A DNA stretch of 64,000 nt from an uncultured Gemmatimonadales bacterium. Its GTDB lineage: Bacteria > Gemmatimonadota > Gemmatimonadetes > Gemmatimonadales > GWC2-71-9. Where the stretch lies: positions 32,001 through 96,000 of the forward strand of contig CAWJIM010000004.1 in the NCBI GenBank assembly GCA_963842945.1, written 5' to 3'. Every line of letters begins with the position of its first letter. Position 1 is the stretch's first letter. The notes beneath the pieces were generated by a model, which saw only the letters and a program-made list of their open reading frames with translations, had not been told where the DNA came from and made no database searches. Made by a program: the position numbers and the translations under genes. Of the stretch, positions 1 to 11,496 are shown one piece after another.

Positions 1-112
1 GCGTCCCAGACAGCAACCCGGGATGTGGTGGTAAAGGCGAAGACCCCGGTGCTCCTCGTGCTTACGGCGCCGCTGGTGGCGCCGTAAGGTTTCTGTCTCG
101 TTGAAGTGACTC

Positions 113-1054
113 TCAGGCGGGTCGTGGGGCCGAGCTCTCGATCCGCTGCTTCTCCCGTTTCACCCGGATTGCGCCCGGCTCAGGTTCGATGGTCTCGCCC
201 CGGCGCTCCCGAGCCCAGGTTTCGGTGAACTCGGCGCCGAACAGGACGATCAGCGAGGAGTAGTAGATCCAGAGCAGCAGCACCGCGAGCGAGCCGGCTG
301 CTCCGTACGCCTGTCCCGGATTGCTCTTACCCAGATACAGCCCGATCACGTACTTGCCCAGTACGAAGAGGACCGCGGTAACCAGCGCACCCACCCAGAC
401 GCTGCGCCAGGAAATTTTGGCATCGGGAAGGACCTTGAACATCGCTGCAAAAAGGAGGGTTATGGTCCCCAGTGAGATCAGGAGGTTCAAGGCCTGAAGC
501 ACCGGCTCGGACAGGCCGGCCGGAAGAAACGATTCGAGCCGGTCTCCCATCCCCGACAATGCCGTGCTGATGACGAGGGACACCAGCAGCATGAATGCCA
601 CCACCAGAATGATCCCCAGCGAGAAGATCCTCTTGCCGAGAAACGCCTTGATGCCGCCCTGGTCGGGATCCGGCTCGACGTCCCAGGTCCGGTTCAGGCT
701 TTTCTGGAACTGACCAAATGCGCCTGTCGCACCGAAGATCAGTACGACAATCCCGAGGATGGTCGGCAGTGCCCCACTGCCCTGCGGCTTCTGGTCTGCC
801 TTCTCAATGATGGTTCGAACCTGCTCGCCGGCGGTTGGTCCCATGAGACTTTGCATCTGGGATTCGAGGCCGCCGCGCACGTCATTGGCATTCATGACCG
901 CGCCAACAATCAACAGCAACAGCACGAGCACCGCCGGCAGCGAGAAGATCGTGTAATAGGAGAGAGCCGCCGCGGAATCCATGCAATCGTCGGCGATGAA
1001 ATCACTGGCGCTCTTTTTGAACAGACCGACAATCCCTGTACGCGCATTCGCCAT
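113..1054 (-). CDS. YihY/virulence factor BrkB family inner-membrane protein
   Basis: AAALSYYTIFSLP, GAFGQFQKSLNRTW and YGAAGSLAVLLLWIYYSSLIVLFGAE motifs; multiple TM helices; start taken at ATG 1054 (MANART). Confidence 0.9.
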   Translation of the reverse strand: MANARTGIVGLFKKSASDFIADDCMDSAAALSYYTIFSLPAVLVLLLLIVGAVMNANDVRGGLESQMQSLMGPTAGEQVRTIIEKADQKPQGSGALPTILGIVVLIFGATGAFGQFQKSLNRTWDVEPDPDQGGIKAFLGKRIFSLGIILVVAFMLLVSLVISTALSGMGDRLESFLPAGLSEPVLQALNLLISLGTITLLFAAMFKVLPDAKISWRSVWVGALVTAVLFVLGKYVIGLYLGKSNPGQAYGAAGSLAVLLLWIYYSSLIVLFGAEFTETWARERRGETIEPEPGAIRVKREKQRIESSAPRPA

Positions 1055-1149
1055 CGTATCCACCGTTGGGTTGAGCTCGGAATTGCCTCCAGGTACGGGA
1101 TGAACATGGGAGCGGCAAGCACTGAGGTAAGTGACCGGGGTCACCAGCC

Positions 1150-2451
1150 TTAACGGACGCGGCGGCCATCCTTCATGACCATCATTACCTGTCTCAAAGC
1201 ACCGATGTCGCGGGTGGGACTACCCTTGACGGCAACCAGGTCGGCCAGCAGTCCGGGCGCAATCCGGCCTCGATTACCGAGATGAAAGATCCTGGCGTTG
1301 CCGCTGGTTGCCGCCCGCACGGCATCAAGTGGTGTCATGCCCCCAGCGACCATTGCCTCGAGCTCCCGGACGTTGTCTCCATGGCTGAACACTCCGACGT
1401 CGCCGCCAAAGCAGATGGTGACGCCTTCATCCAGCGCCGCGCGGAAGCTGGCCCGCTTGTCGAGCACGGATTGGGGCACCGGCTGGGACCCACGACGCCA
1501 GCCTTCGAAGTACTGCGCGTAAGCCTCCGCCGCTGCGATGGTGGGACAAAGCGCAACGCCTCGCCGGCGCATCAGCCGAAAGACGTCGCGGGTGCCTCCA
1601 TCTCCGTGCTCAATGGTTTCAACGCCGGCCATCACCGCACGGCGCATTCCCTCCTCGGTGGTGGCGTGAGCCGCCACCGGTCTCCCGCTGCCCTGGGCCG
1701 TTTCGACTAGAGTCTTGAGCTCACTTTCACTGAAGGTGGGCCGAGCCTCACCCCCTGGGCCCCAGCGATAGTCCGCATAGACCTTGATCCAATCGGCCCC
1801 ATGACCGATTTGGCTGCGGACCACTCGTGCGATCTCCTCCGGACCGGTTGCCTCCTCCGCTCCCTGCGCTGGATCGAAGGAGTAGTCCGCCCGCCGCGGA
1901 CCGTAGCTCCCGGTCGCCACTATGGCTCGAGTGACCGTAATCAGCCGGGGGCCAGGAACGATCCCCTGGTCGATCGCCCGCTTGAGCTGCACGTCGTAGT
2001 CGAAAACCCCCTCGGTTCCCAGTTCCCGCTCGCTGGTTATTCCGGCCAGCAGAGTTGCTCGTGCGCTGGCCACAGCTCGCGCCATTCTGAGACCTGCCGG
2101 CTCTTTCAGGACCTGGTCGTCCCAGCTGGCTTCGTCATAGGGATGCAAGAACAGGTGGGAGTGTCCCTCGATCAGGCCAGGAATGAGGGTTGCGCCGGCC
2201 AGCTCCATCCGCTCGACATCCTTCGGCACTGCCAGACTGCTGGCTGGACCAACTGACTCGATCCGATTCCCCCGCACCAGGACCACCCAGCCGGGGCGCG
2301 GGCTATCCGAGACGCCGTCCCAGACGGCATCAGGCACCAGGAGCAGCCGCGAGGCGCTGCTATCCGGCCGATTCTGGGCCCTTACGGTCCCGGCTGAGAG
2401 CACCAGTACAATGAGGGCGGGCGATGAAAGAGCACGCAGTGGGTTTCTCAT
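1150..2451 (-). CDS. Exported metal-dependent amidohydrolase (Xaa-Pro dipeptidase-like)
   Basis: Signal peptide MRNPLR...VRAQ; PGLIEGHSH, VAAHA, TIEHG, GGDVG and GRIAPGLLADLVAV motifs; ATG overlaps the RES stop (ATGA 2451-2448). Confidence 0.88.
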   Translation of the reverse strand: MRNPLRALSSPALIVLVLSAGTVRAQNRPDSSASRLLLVPDAVWDGVSDSPRPGWVVLVRGNRIESVGPASSLAVPKDVERMELAGATLIPGLIEGHSHLFLHPYDEASWDDQVLKEPAGLRMARAVASARATLLAGITSERELGTEGVFDYDVQLKRAIDQGIVPGPRLITVTRAIVATGSYGPRRADYSFDPAQGAEEATGPEEIARVVRSQIGHGADWIKVYADYRWGPGGEARPTFSESELKTLVETAQGSGRPVAAHATTEEGMRRAVMAGVETIEHGDGGTRDVFRLMRRRGVALCPTIAAAEAYAQYFEGWRRGSQPVPQSVLDKRASFRAALDEGVTICFGGDVGVFSHGDNVRELEAMVAGGMTPLDAVRAATSGNARIFHLGNRGRIAPGLLADLVAVKGSPTRDIGALRQVMMVMKDGRRVR

Positions 2452-2927
2452 AAGTTGCGGCTGGTGGCAGGAGGCCCAAAGAGACGGCCGTCCCAGACCA
2501 CGTCGAAGGAAGGCCCTACCCGGATCCGGGCTGCGTCCGGGTGTGCCGGATTGATCACAAAGTTTCGCTCCACCGGCTGCCCCGGAATCGAGGGAACCAC
2601 CAGAACAGCGGTACGCCCCGTTGCATGCCACTGATCTCCATACGCCCGGGCCCCTGCCGACTCCTCCGAATCCCAGCCAGACACTGCGTCCGGATCAAAC
2701 ACCTCGATCGGCACGTCGTCGGGGATGTCGATGGCGGCGGCATGATGCGCTCCTGGCAGCTGGGTGCGGCCCGCGTGTACCAGCTTTTCGAGAATGGCGG
2801 TCGCGTAATGCTCCGACGCGTAGATCAGGACGCGGCCCGGTGAATTCCATCGGGCACCCTCGAGGGCAGCGCCGCTTCCATCGTAGACCGGATAGCGGCG
2901 CTTGGCCAGGCGAAAGACGGTTGGCAA
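2448..2927 (-). CDS. RES domain toxin (NAD+ phosphorylase family)
   Basis: VFRLAK, GSGAALEGARWNSPG, YASE...AILEKLVH and VPS...ERNFVINPAHPD; lies directly downstream of the antitoxin; start placed at TTG 2927. Confidence 0.88.
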   Translation of the reverse strand: MPTVFRLAKRRYPVYDGSGAALEGARWNSPGRVLIYASEHYATAILEKLVHAGRTQLPGAHHAAAIDIPDDVPIEVFDPDAVSGWDSEESAGARAYGDQWHATGRTAVLVVPSIPGQPVERNFVINPAHPDAARIRVGPSFDVVWDGRLFGPPATSRNL

Positions 2928-2943
2928 GAGAGATGGCGCTGCG

Positions 2944-3387
2944 TCAGACCGGGAGACTGTGCTCCAGCTTCCAGAGCAGCGTTTCCACCCGGCGGGTACC
3001 CAGATCGGTGGCTGCAAGATCGAGAGGAGCCTGATTCTCCAGCTGGGGATGGGGCGACGTGAGAAAGCGCTGGCCCTCCTCCGGCGACTCCCAGACCTGT
3101 TCGGCCAGAGTGGCCAGCCGCGCAATGCGCTCGAGCCGTTCGCTCTCGGCCGGCCTCAACCGCCCTTCTTCTTCCCGCCGCTGGAGCGTGGATCTGGGCA
3201 CCACAATCTGCTGAACGCGGGTCTTTTGCCGTTGGGGAAAGTGCCGGACGACATACTTCAGGGCGGCAAACGGGAGACCGCGTCCCACGGCACGCTCGAG
3301 ATCGGCGACGGAAGCCACGTCCTCTCTGAGTACCTTGGACCCGCCGAGATTCTGGGCGACCTTCAGCACGTCTGGATAGCTGGCCAT
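2944..3387 (-). CDS. Xre/MbcA/ParS-type antitoxin
   Basis: N-terminal HTH (VVPRSTLQRR), ESERLERIARL, and C-terminal FLTSPHPQLENQAPLDLAATDLGTRRVETLL. Confidence 0.9.
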   Translation of the reverse strand: MASYPDVLKVAQNLGGSKVLREDVASVADLERAVGRGLPFAALKYVVRHFPQRQKTRVQQIVVPRSTLQRREEEGRLRPAESERLERIARLATLAEQVWESPEEGQRFLTSPHPQLENQAPLDLAATDLGTRRVETLLWKLEHSLPV

Positions 3388-3403
3388 ATGGATTCCTTGG
3401 TGA

Positions 3404-3432
3404 CCATTTGAGAATAATTTAATCCCAAATGG
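3404..3432. promoter_or_regulatory. Inverted repeat, probable TA autoregulatory operator
   Basis: CCATTTGAGAATAA-T-TTAATCCCAAATGG (12/14 arm match), AT-rich, just upstream of the antitoxin start. Confidence 0.6.
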
Positions 3433-3608
3433 GCGGACGCGCCAGCCCCTCCTAGCCTGACAATCCATCTCTAGCTGCCCTAACGACTTACCTGACCCAT
3501 TTTCTCAGCCCCACGGGGCTTCGCTCCGGCCGGAGCCCCGGTACGCATTTCAAATATCAGTGACGTTCTTAGCGGGTCGACTCCCCAAAGGGAGGCTATA
3601 TTTGCTCG

Positions 3609-6600
3609 ATGCCGCTGAATTCCTTTCATCCTGTTGTCGCTCGCTGGTTCGAGCAACGGTTCGGTGAGCCTACCGCGCCGCAGCGGCAGGGCTGGGACGC
3701 CATTCGTGCCGGGCGAGACACCCTGATCTCAGCCCCGACCGGCTCGGGCAAAACGCTGGCCGCGTTCCTCTACTCACTGGATCAACTCTTCCGTGAGGGA
3801 CTCGAGCGTCCGCTCCCGGACGAAATTCGGGTGGTCTACGTCTCTCCGCTCAAGGCTCTCAGCGCCGACATTCATCTGAATCTGGCCGAACCACGGCGAG
3901 AGATTCGCCGCCTGGCCGAGGAATCCGGTCTCGAGGCCCCCCGAATCACTGCCGCCATCAGGTCGGGTGACACTCCGGCCGCCGAGCGTGCGGCCATGCT
4001 GCGGAAACCGCCGCACATCCTGGTGACCACCCCCGAGTCGCTCTACCTGCTCCTGACGGCTCGGCGGAGCCGGGAGATGCTGCGAACGGTCCGGACGGTA
4101 ATCGTGGACGAGATCCATGCAGTCGTGGAGTCTCGCCGGGGAGCGCACCTGGCCCTCACGCTCGAGCGACTCAGCCATGTGGCCGCCCAACCGGTTCAAC
4201 GGATTGGTTTGTCCGCCACGGTAAGGCCGATAGAAGAGGTGGGGCGCTGGCTCAAGCCCGCAAGCCCTCCGGTTCTGGTCAACACCGGACACCGGCGAAC
4301 CACCGATCTGGCGCTCGAATTGACCGGTTCTCCACTGCAGGCGGTCATCTCGGGAGACGCCTGGAACGAGATCTACGATCGTCTTACCGAGCTCATCAAG
4401 GCGCACAAGACCACGATCGTCTTCGTCAACACGCGTCGCCTTGCGGAGCGGGTCTCCCGCCATCTGGCCGAGCGGCTGAGCGAAGCCGCGGTGACTGCCC
4501 ATCACGGAAGTCTGTCCAAGGAAACCAGGCTCGACGCGGAGCAGCGGCTCAAGACGGGGCAGCTTCAGGCACTGGTGGCAACCGCCTCGCTGGAGCTCGG
4601 GATCGACATTGGGCATGTCGATCTCGTTTGCCAGCTGGGGACCCCGCGCCGCATCTCGACCTTCCTCCAGCGGGTGGGCCGCTCGGGGCACACCGTGCAT
4701 GGGACACCGAAGGGCCGGCTCTTCCCGCTGACCCGGGATGAGCTGGTTGAGTGCGTTGCCATCATCCGTTCGGTGAACCGGGGAGAGCTGGACCGGATCG
4801 TGATTCGAGGCAAGCCGCTGGACGTGCTGGCTCAGCACATCGTCGCCGAAACAGCCAGCGAGGATTGGGCGGAGGACGACCTCTTCGACCTCTGCCGGCG
4901 CGCGTACCCCTACCGCGATCTGCAGCGCGCTGAGTTCGACGAGGTCGTTCAGATGCTGGCCCAGGGGTTTGCCACCCGGCGAGGACGCCGGGCCGCGCTG
5001 GTTCACCACGATGCTGTAAACCGCAGAATCAGGGGTCGGCGCGGCTCCCGCATGCTGGCTATCACTTCGGGTGGCGCCATACCGGACAACGCAGACTATC
5101 GGGTCATTCTCGAGCCGGACAACACCTTCGTAGGCACCGTGAACGAAGACTTTGCGGTCGAAAGTCTTCAGGGGGACATCTTCCAGCTGGGCAACACCTC
5201 CTGGCGCATTCTTCGGGTGTCTCAGGGCACGGTCCGGGTAGAGGATGCGCACGGACAACCGCCCAGTATTCCGTTCTGGCTGGGTGAATCGCCGGCGCGG
5301 AGCGACGAGCTGTCGGCCGCAGTGTCGGAGCTGAGGCAGGAAGTGGAGGACCGGCTGGAGAACCGGACTGAGGCGGAGGCATGGGTTTCGGCCCTGCTGA
5401 ACGGTCCCGAGTCGCCCGCTGCCGCCCACCAGCTCGTGGAGTACCTGGCCGAGTCGAAGCGGTTGCTGGGGAGCTTGCCCACGCAGCAAACCATTGTTGC
5501 CGAGCGTTTCTTCGACGAAGCCGGCGGCATGCAACTGGTGATTCACGCCCCGTTCGGGAGCCGGGTAAACCGCGCCTGGGGGCTGGCGCTCCGCAAGCGT
5601 TTCTGCCGGCAGTTCAACTTCGAGCTGCAGGCCGCGGCCACCGAGGATGCACTGCTCCTCTCGCTCGGACCGCAGCATTCCTTTCCACTGGAGAGTGTCT
5701 TCCGATTCCTCCATCCGGAAACGGTGGAAGAGATTCTGGTCCAGGCGCTTCTCGACGCGCCGATGTTCGGCACGCACTGGAGGTGGAATGCCAACATCGC
5801 CCTGGCCATTCCCAGGAGCCGCGGGGGCCGAAAGAATCCGCCCCAGATTCAGCGCATGCAAGCGGAAGACCTCCTCGCCGCGGCCTTCCCCGATGCCGCC
5901 GCCTGTCTGGAGAACATTCCCGGCGATCGGGAGGTCCCCAATCATCCGCTGGTCAAGCAAACCATCGCTGACTGCGTGCACGAGGTCATGGATCTCGACC
6001 GTCTCACCGGCCTCCTGCGTCGGATTCTCGCGGGTGAAATCCGGCTGGTGGCCCGTGATCTTCCCGAGCCTTCCCCTCTGGCCCACGAGATTCTGAATGC
6101 CAGGCCGTACGCCTTCCTCGACGACGCCCCGCTGGAGGAGCGTCGCACACAGGCGGTGTACACCAGGCGAGCCTTCGAGCCTTCCTCTGCCGACGACCTG
6201 GGTGCTCTGGATCCCGCCGCTATCGAGCAGGTGCGGGATGAGGCCTGGCCGGAGGCCGAGAATGCCGACGAGCTCCACGATGCATTGCTCACCTCGGGCT
6301 TCCTGACTGACGTCGAGGGAATTTCCGGGCGAAACGGGCTGTCTTGGGGGGCGTTCTTCCGAGAGTTGGTTGCATCGGGCCGGGCAGACCGCGTTGCACT
6401 GGGCTCGGGGTCCGCGCTCTGGCTGGCCACGGAAAGGCTGCCTGAAATACGAGCGGTCATTGGCGACGTTACGAGCGTCAGCAAGGAAGACGCCGTACGG
6501 GAACTGATCCGGGGCCGGATGGGTATCGTGGGTCCGGCGACCGCCTCACAGTTAGCTGCCTCGCTCGAGATCGAAGAAGCCGACGCAGACATCGCGCTCG

Positions 6601-7949
6601 CTGCCCTTGAAGCCGAAGGTGTCGTTCTCCGGGGCCACTTTACGCAGGGCTCGTCTCAGCTCGAGTGGTGTGACCGCCGGCTGCTTTCCAGAATCCATCG
6701 CTATACCCTGAATCGGCTGCGGGCGGAGATCGAGCCTGTCAGTGCGGCCGACTTCATGCGCTTCCTCTTCGCCTGGCAACGGATCGATCCGGAATATCGG
6801 GTAGCGGGCCTGGAAGGACTGGCGTCGCTCCTGGGCCAGCTCGATGGTCTGGACCTGCCTGCCGCAGCCTGGGAAAGCGAAGTGTTGTCCTCCCGCTGTG
6901 AGGAGTACGATCCGTCGTTGCTCGACACCCTCTGCCTCACCGGCCGGGTGGCCTGGGGCCGGCTCACAACGCCGCAACGGACCGGCGGGACCACAGGCCC
7001 GATTCGCTCGACCAGCATTGCCCTGTTTCTTCGGGAACACGCGGAGTCGTGGATTTCCGCCGACTCTGCGAGCGAGCTGCAACTCTCCGGCTACGCCGAG
7101 CGGGTCCGGGAAGTCCTGCAGCAGCGAGGAGCGTCGTTCTTCCACGAGCTGGTGGCCCGGAGCGGCCTCCTGCCCACCCAGGTGGAACAGGCGCTGTCAG
7201 AGCTCGCCGGCACAGGCCTGATCACTTCCGACAGCTTTGCCGGGCTGCGTGCCCTGATCACGCCGTCGAGCAAACGCAAGCCATTGAGTGGGGCCCGGCG
7301 GCGGCACCGGACGGCGCCCCACGGGATCGAGACTGCAGGGCGGTGGTCGTTGCTGGGCACCAGCGGCAGCGAGCCGTCAAAGGATCGGGTGGAGCTGGCC
7401 GCTCGAACCCTGCTCCGCCGCTACGGAGTAGTCTACAAGCGGCTCCTGGCGCGCGAACCGGGTGCACCACTCTGGCGGGAGCTGCTGATGGTCTATCGCC
7501 GGCTCGAGGCTCGAGGTGAGATTCGCGGCGGGCGGTTCGTCACCGGCATGTCCGGGGAGCAATTCGCTCTACCCGAAGCCGTCGGTCAGCTCCGTTCGAT
7601 CCGACGGCTGGAGGGCGGAGGCCAGCTGATCGGCATCAGTGCCGCCGATCCCCTCAACCTGACGGGCATCGTTACACCGGGAGACCGGATTCCCGCCCTC
7701 ACCAGCAATCGCGTGCTCTACCGGGATGGCGCGCCCATCCTGGCTCGCGAAGCTGGGCAGACCAGATCACTGGTGGGTGACACTGAGCCCACCGCCGACC
7801 TGGTCCATGCACTGATACGCAAGCACAGCACCGCTCAGCTCCGGTCGTATCTGGGGATGACCGGCGCGCCCGCTGCCTCCGTTCCCCTCAACCGCCGGCC
7901 CGGCAAGCGGCGGAGCGAGCGGTACGAAAAGGTGAACAGTGAACGCTGA
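3609..7949 (+). CDS. lhr: Full-length Lhr SF2 DEAD/DEAH helicase with C-terminal winged-helix/glycosylase-like region
   Basis: [38 protein letters not shown] and QRVGRSGH motifs; C-terminal [15 protein letters not shown]...GEQFALP; 1446 aa. Confidence 0.93.
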   Translation: MPLNSFHPVVARWFEQRFGEPTAPQRQGWDAIRAGRDTLISAPTGSGKTLAAFLYSLDQLFREGLERPLPDEIRVVYVSPLKALSADIHLNLAEPRREIRRLAEESGLEAPRITAAIRSGDTPAAERAAMLRKPPHILVTTPESLYLLLTARRSREMLRTVRTVIVDEIHAVVESRRGAHLALTLERLSHVAAQPVQRIGLSATVRPIEEVGRWLKPASPPVLVNTGHRRTTDLALELTGSPLQAVISGDAWNEIYDRLTELIKAHKTTIVFVNTRRLAERVSRHLAERLSEAAVTAHHGSLSKETRLDAEQRLKTGQLQALVATASLELGIDIGHVDLVCQLGTPRRISTFLQRVGRSGHTVHGTPKGRLFPLTRDELVECVAIIRSVNRGELDRIVIRGKPLDVLAQHIVAETASEDWAEDDLFDLCRRAYPYRDLQRAEFDEVVQMLAQGFATRRGRRAALVHHDAVNRRIRGRRGSRMLAITSGGAIPDNADYRVILEPDNTFVGTVNEDFAVESLQGDIFQLGNTSWRILRVSQGTVRVEDAHGQPPSIPFWLGESPARSDELSAAVSELRQEVEDRLENRTEAEAWVSALLNGPESPAAAHQLVEYLAESKRLLGSLPTQQTIVAERFFDEAGGMQLVIHAPFGSRVNRAWGLALRKRFCRQFNFELQAAATEDALLLSLGPQHSFPLESVFRFLHPETVEEILVQALLDAPMFGTHWRWNANIALAIPRSRGGRKNPPQIQRMQAEDLLAAAFPDAAACLENIPGDREVPNHPLVKQTIADCVHEVMDLDRLTGLLRRILAGEIRLVARDLPEPSPLAHEILNARPYAFLDDAPLEERRTQAVYTRRAFEPSSADDLGALDPAAIEQVRDEAWPEAENADELHDALLTSGFLTDVEGISGRNGLSWGAFFRELVASGRADRVALGSGSALWLATERLPEIRAVIGDVTSVSKEDAVRELIRGRMGIVGPATASQLAASLEIEEADADIALAALEAEGVVLRGHFTQGSSQLEWCDRRLLSRIHRYTLNRLRAEIEPVSAADFMRFLFAWQRIDPEYRVAGLEGLASLLGQLDGLDLPAAAWESEVLSSRCEEYDPSLLDTLCLTGRVAWGRLTTPQRTGGTTGPIRSTSIALFLREHAESWISADSASELQLSGYAERVREVLQQRGASFFHELVARSGLLPTQVEQALSELAGTGLITSDSFAGLRALITPSSKRKPLSGARRRHRTAPHGIETAGRWSLLGTSGSEPSKDRVELAARTLLRRYGVVYKRLLAREPGAPLWRELLMVYRRLEARGEIRGGRFVTGMSGEQFALPEAVGQLRSIRRLEGGGQLIGISAADPLNLTGIVTPGDRIPALTSNRVLYRDGAPILAREAGQTRSLVGDTEPTADLVHALIRKHSTAQLRSYLGMTGAPAASVPLNRRPGKRRSERYEKVNSER

Positions 7950-7964
7950 CTTCTGATTCCGCCC

Positions 7965-8354
7965 ATGCGCTTCCCTGCCCTCGGCCAGTTCAGTGATCTC
8001 GCCCTGTTGTTGATGCGGCTCCTGGTGGGAGCGGTCTTCATCTCGAGCGGATGGAGTCACATCAAAGATCCGGTCACCCGGGGGAAGAGCATCGGCGTAA
8101 GTCCAGGGTTGACCCGGTTTCTCGGGCTGGCCGAGTTGTTTGGCGGGGCTGGTGTCGCCCTCGGTATTCTGCCTCAGCTGGCGGCACTGGGACTCATCCT
8201 CGTCATGCTCGGCGCCATCCAGAAAAAGATCTTCGTGTGGCATACGGGGTTCTGGGGAAAATCGAGCGACGGATGGCACTACGATCTGCTGTTCGTCGTG
8301 ATGTGTCTGGTAATCGCCACCACTGGCGGAGGACGCTTCGTTCTGTTCCCTTGA
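7965..8354 (+). CDS. DoxX family membrane protein
   Basis: LLLMRLLVGAVF, LAELFGGAGVALG and GWHYDLL...GGGRF motifs; 4 TM. Confidence 0.85.
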   Translation: MRFPALGQFSDLALLLMRLLVGAVFISSGWSHIKDPVTRGKSIGVSPGLTRFLGLAELFGGAGVALGILPQLAALGLILVMLGAIQKKIFVWHTGFWGKSSDGWHYDLLFVVMCLVIATTGGGRFVLFP

Positions 8355-8423
8355 GCGCGCTGCCTCAGCGGAATCACAGCTCCATAGCCATTTTAATTCC
8401 GGCCACTCAACCAGGAGCACCGA

Positions 8424-8873
8424 ATGCGCCAATTCGCTTTTGCCGCAGCCACATTCTTGCTGATCGCGACTCTCGGCTGCCGGAAGCAGCGGTCCAATGA
8501 TACCGGCGGGGTTAGCGACACGGCCACTACTCCACCCGCAGCCACCACTGCAGCCGCGCCGGCGGCAGACGATACGGCCACCGCCCCTCCCGAGTTCACC
8601 TTCGATCAGCGGCAGAACTTCGTTCAGTCCATTCGGCAGCAGCTCACCGAGATCGATCGCCAGATCGAGGAGCTGTCGGCCCAGGCCAAGTCACGCGGTG
8701 GCGCCGTCAGCGACCGAGCACTCACCAACGTCCGGACCGCACGCCGGACCGTGGACCGTGATCTGAGCCGGGTAAACGCCGCGACCGCCGCGAACTGGGA
8801 GCAGGTTAGGCAGGGCGTGACCCGGTCGGTCGAGAACCTGAATGAAGCGATCGAGGTGGCGCAACCGAAGTAA
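8424..8873 (+). CDS. Hypothetical lipoprotein with helical/coiled-coil domain
   Basis: Lipobox TLGC; Thr/Ala/Pro linker; GGAG SD; stop overlaps the next ATG (TAATG). Confidence 0.7.
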   Translation: MRQFAFAAATFLLIATLGCRKQRSNDTGGVSDTATTPPAATTAAAPAADDTATAPPEFTFDQRQNFVQSIRQQLTEIDRQIEELSAQAKSRGGAVSDRALTNVRTARRTVDRDLSRVNAATAANWEQVRQGVTRSVENLNEAIEVAQPK

Positions 8874-11492
8874 TGAGCAGCCACGACGCTCTGGCCGACC
8901 GCTTCCGGGTCGAGCGTGAGCTCGGCCGCGGCGGCATGGCAACAGTTTTTCTGGCCCACGATGTGAAGCAGGACCGGCTGGTCGCACTCAAGATCATCCA
9001 TCCCCACATTGCGGCCGGCCTCGGGCCCGAGCGCTTTCTTCGCGAGATCAAGCTCACGGCCAAGCTTCGTCACCCGCACATCCTGCCGCTCTTCGACTCC
9101 GGCGAGATCTCGGGGCAGCTGTGGTATACCATGCCTTACATCGAAGGCGGATCGTTGCGCCAGCGGCTCACCCGCGAGGGCCGTCTCCCCTGGGAGCAGG
9201 CGCTCGATCTAGGGGAGGACGTCCTGGCCGCCCTGAGCTACGCCCACCAGCAGGGCATCATTCATCGAGACATCAAGCCGGAGAACATTCTGCTCGAGGG
9301 AGGCGAGGCCGTGCTCGCCGATTTCGGCATTGCTCAGGCGATCAGCGCTGCCGGGGCGGAGCGGCTGACCGGAACCGGCGTGGCTATTGGAACTCTGGCC
9401 TACATGAGCCCGGAGCAGGCCGCGGCCGATGGAAACGTCGATGGGCGGAGCGACCTGTACTCGCTCGGCTGCGTGCTTTACGAGACGATTGCCGGCCATG
9501 CTCCGTTTTCCGGCTCGCCTCAATCCATCGTCGCGCAGCATCTCACCGCCCGCCCGCCGCCGCTCTCACTTCCCTCGAAGTCATTCCCGCCGGACATCTC
9601 CGGCGTCATCGAGACATCGCTGGCCAAGGACCCGGTCAATCGCTTTCCCGACGCCCTTGCGTTCACGTCTGCGTTGGAGGCAGCCCGTTCACGCCGGCCG
9701 ACGGCCACCCGCAAGCCGGCGGTGCTGCTCGGCCTCGCCATTCTCGGCCTGCTGGGACTCACCTTCTATGCCGGCCGGCGGATCCCATCGGCCGCGGTGG
9801 CCAGCGGATCAGTGGCCTCCGGACTCAATCGCCGTCTCACGCAGCTCACCTTCAGCGAAGGCCTGGAGGAGTGGCCCGCCTGGTCGCCGGATGGAGCCCG
9901 CCTCGCGTATGTCGCGGAGTCCGGCGGATATCGTCACCTGTTCGTGAGAACCCTGGCCACCGGCGCGGAGCGCAGGATCACCCAGCAGTCACGCGACGAC
10001 ATCCAACCCGCGTGGGCCCCCGACGGGCAGCACCTGGTCTTCGTCCGGGCCAGCACCAGCGGTGGCCGGCTGGAGCCGAGCGACATCAATGGCGTGTACA
10101 ACGAGGGCGGTGATATCTGGCAGGTGGATCTCGAGACCGGGCGCGAAACCCGGCTGGTGCAGGACGGATTCAATCCGGCATACGCTCCGGTCGGCGGGCG
10201 GCTGGCGTTCGATGCGACGTATGCGGGGGGCCGCCGGATCTGGGTTGCCGACAGTGGGGGCCGGAACCCGCGCCAAGTCACGTCCGATTCCAGTGAGGCC
10301 GTGGTCCATAGCGAGCCGCGCTGGGCGCCCGACGGCAGGAGGATCGTGTTTCGCCGGGTGGAAAAGATCAAGTCGGACATTCTGACGGTCGACCTCGATA
10401 CCCGGGGCATGAATCGGGTCACTGACGACAACGTCTTGGACATGGACCCTGTCTGGGCCGCCGACGGGTTGCACATCTACTTCGCCTCGTCTCGCGGGGG
10501 CGGGCTCAATCTCTGGCGCATTCGTGCTCACTGCTGCGGGCACAGCGGCCGGCTCGCCGGAGCAGCTCACCACCGGCGCCGGTGATGACATCCAACCGAC
10601 GCTGTCGCCCAAGGGAGACCGGCTTGCCTTCGCGGTTCGGGGGGTAAACTCCGATCTCTGGCGCATGCCCCTCAATCCCACAACGGGTCAGCCGAGTGGG
10701 CCTCCAGCGCCGGTGGTCATGACCACGCGGGTGGAAAGCCGAGGTTCGTGGGCACCGGACGGAAAGTCGATCGCCTTCAACTCCGACCGGCTGGGAGAGA
10801 TGAACATCTGGCTCCGCAGCCTGACCGACAGCACCGAACGGCAGCTGACCCGCGGCCCCGGCGGTGACTATCAGCCAAACTGGTCGCCCGATGGTCAGAC
10901 GCTGGTGTTCTTCTCTGCCCGAAGCGGCAACGCCGATATCTGGGCGGTGACGGTGGCGGATGGCAAACTCACCCAGCTGACCCACGACCCTGAAACCGAT
11001 ACCAACCCCTTCTATTCACCGGACGGCAAGCAGATTGCTTTCGTCTCCGATCGGGATGGCCGGGCAGAGATCTGGACGATCGGGGCCGACGGCGCCAACC
11101 CCCGACGTGTCACCTCCATCGGAGTAGGAGGACACTTCCTGCGATGGACCGCGGACGGGCAGTCGATCGTATTCCGGGCGGAGACCGGTGCCCAGATTCA
11201 GATCTATAGCGTCTCGCTTCGCGACGGCGCTCTGACGCGGCTGCCGGATGTTGCCAGCGGCGCTCACATGTCCTTCTCTCCGTCCCATTCGTTCATTCTG
11301 GACGTGAAAGGACACAAGGCGCTCTGGATCTTCCCGGTAAACGGACGCAGACCCGGGCAACAGATTTTCGCTTTTCCCAATCCTGAGATCAGAATCGACT
11401 ACCCGGCCTGGTCGCCCGATGGGGGTTGGGTTCTATTCGATCGGGCGGCGCCCAAGGGCGGCGATTTGTGGCTGTCGGAGGCCTCTCGCTAG
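8873..11492 (+). CDS. Ser/Thr protein kinase - TM - TolB-like (PD40) beta-propellers; one frameshift near 10525
   Basis: LGRGGMATV, HRDIKPEN, DFG and YMSPEQ motifs; TM helix; repeated PAWSPDG motifs continue in ORF 10524..11492. Confidence 0.88.
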
Positions 11493-11496
11493 GGCA

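Noticed and set aside
3774..6278. 834-aa minus-strand ORF (likewise 41711..43048 and many other antisense ORFs)
   Set aside because: Antisense shadows of GC-biased genes (lhr, aldB); they carry no motifs and fully overlap well-supported CDSs.
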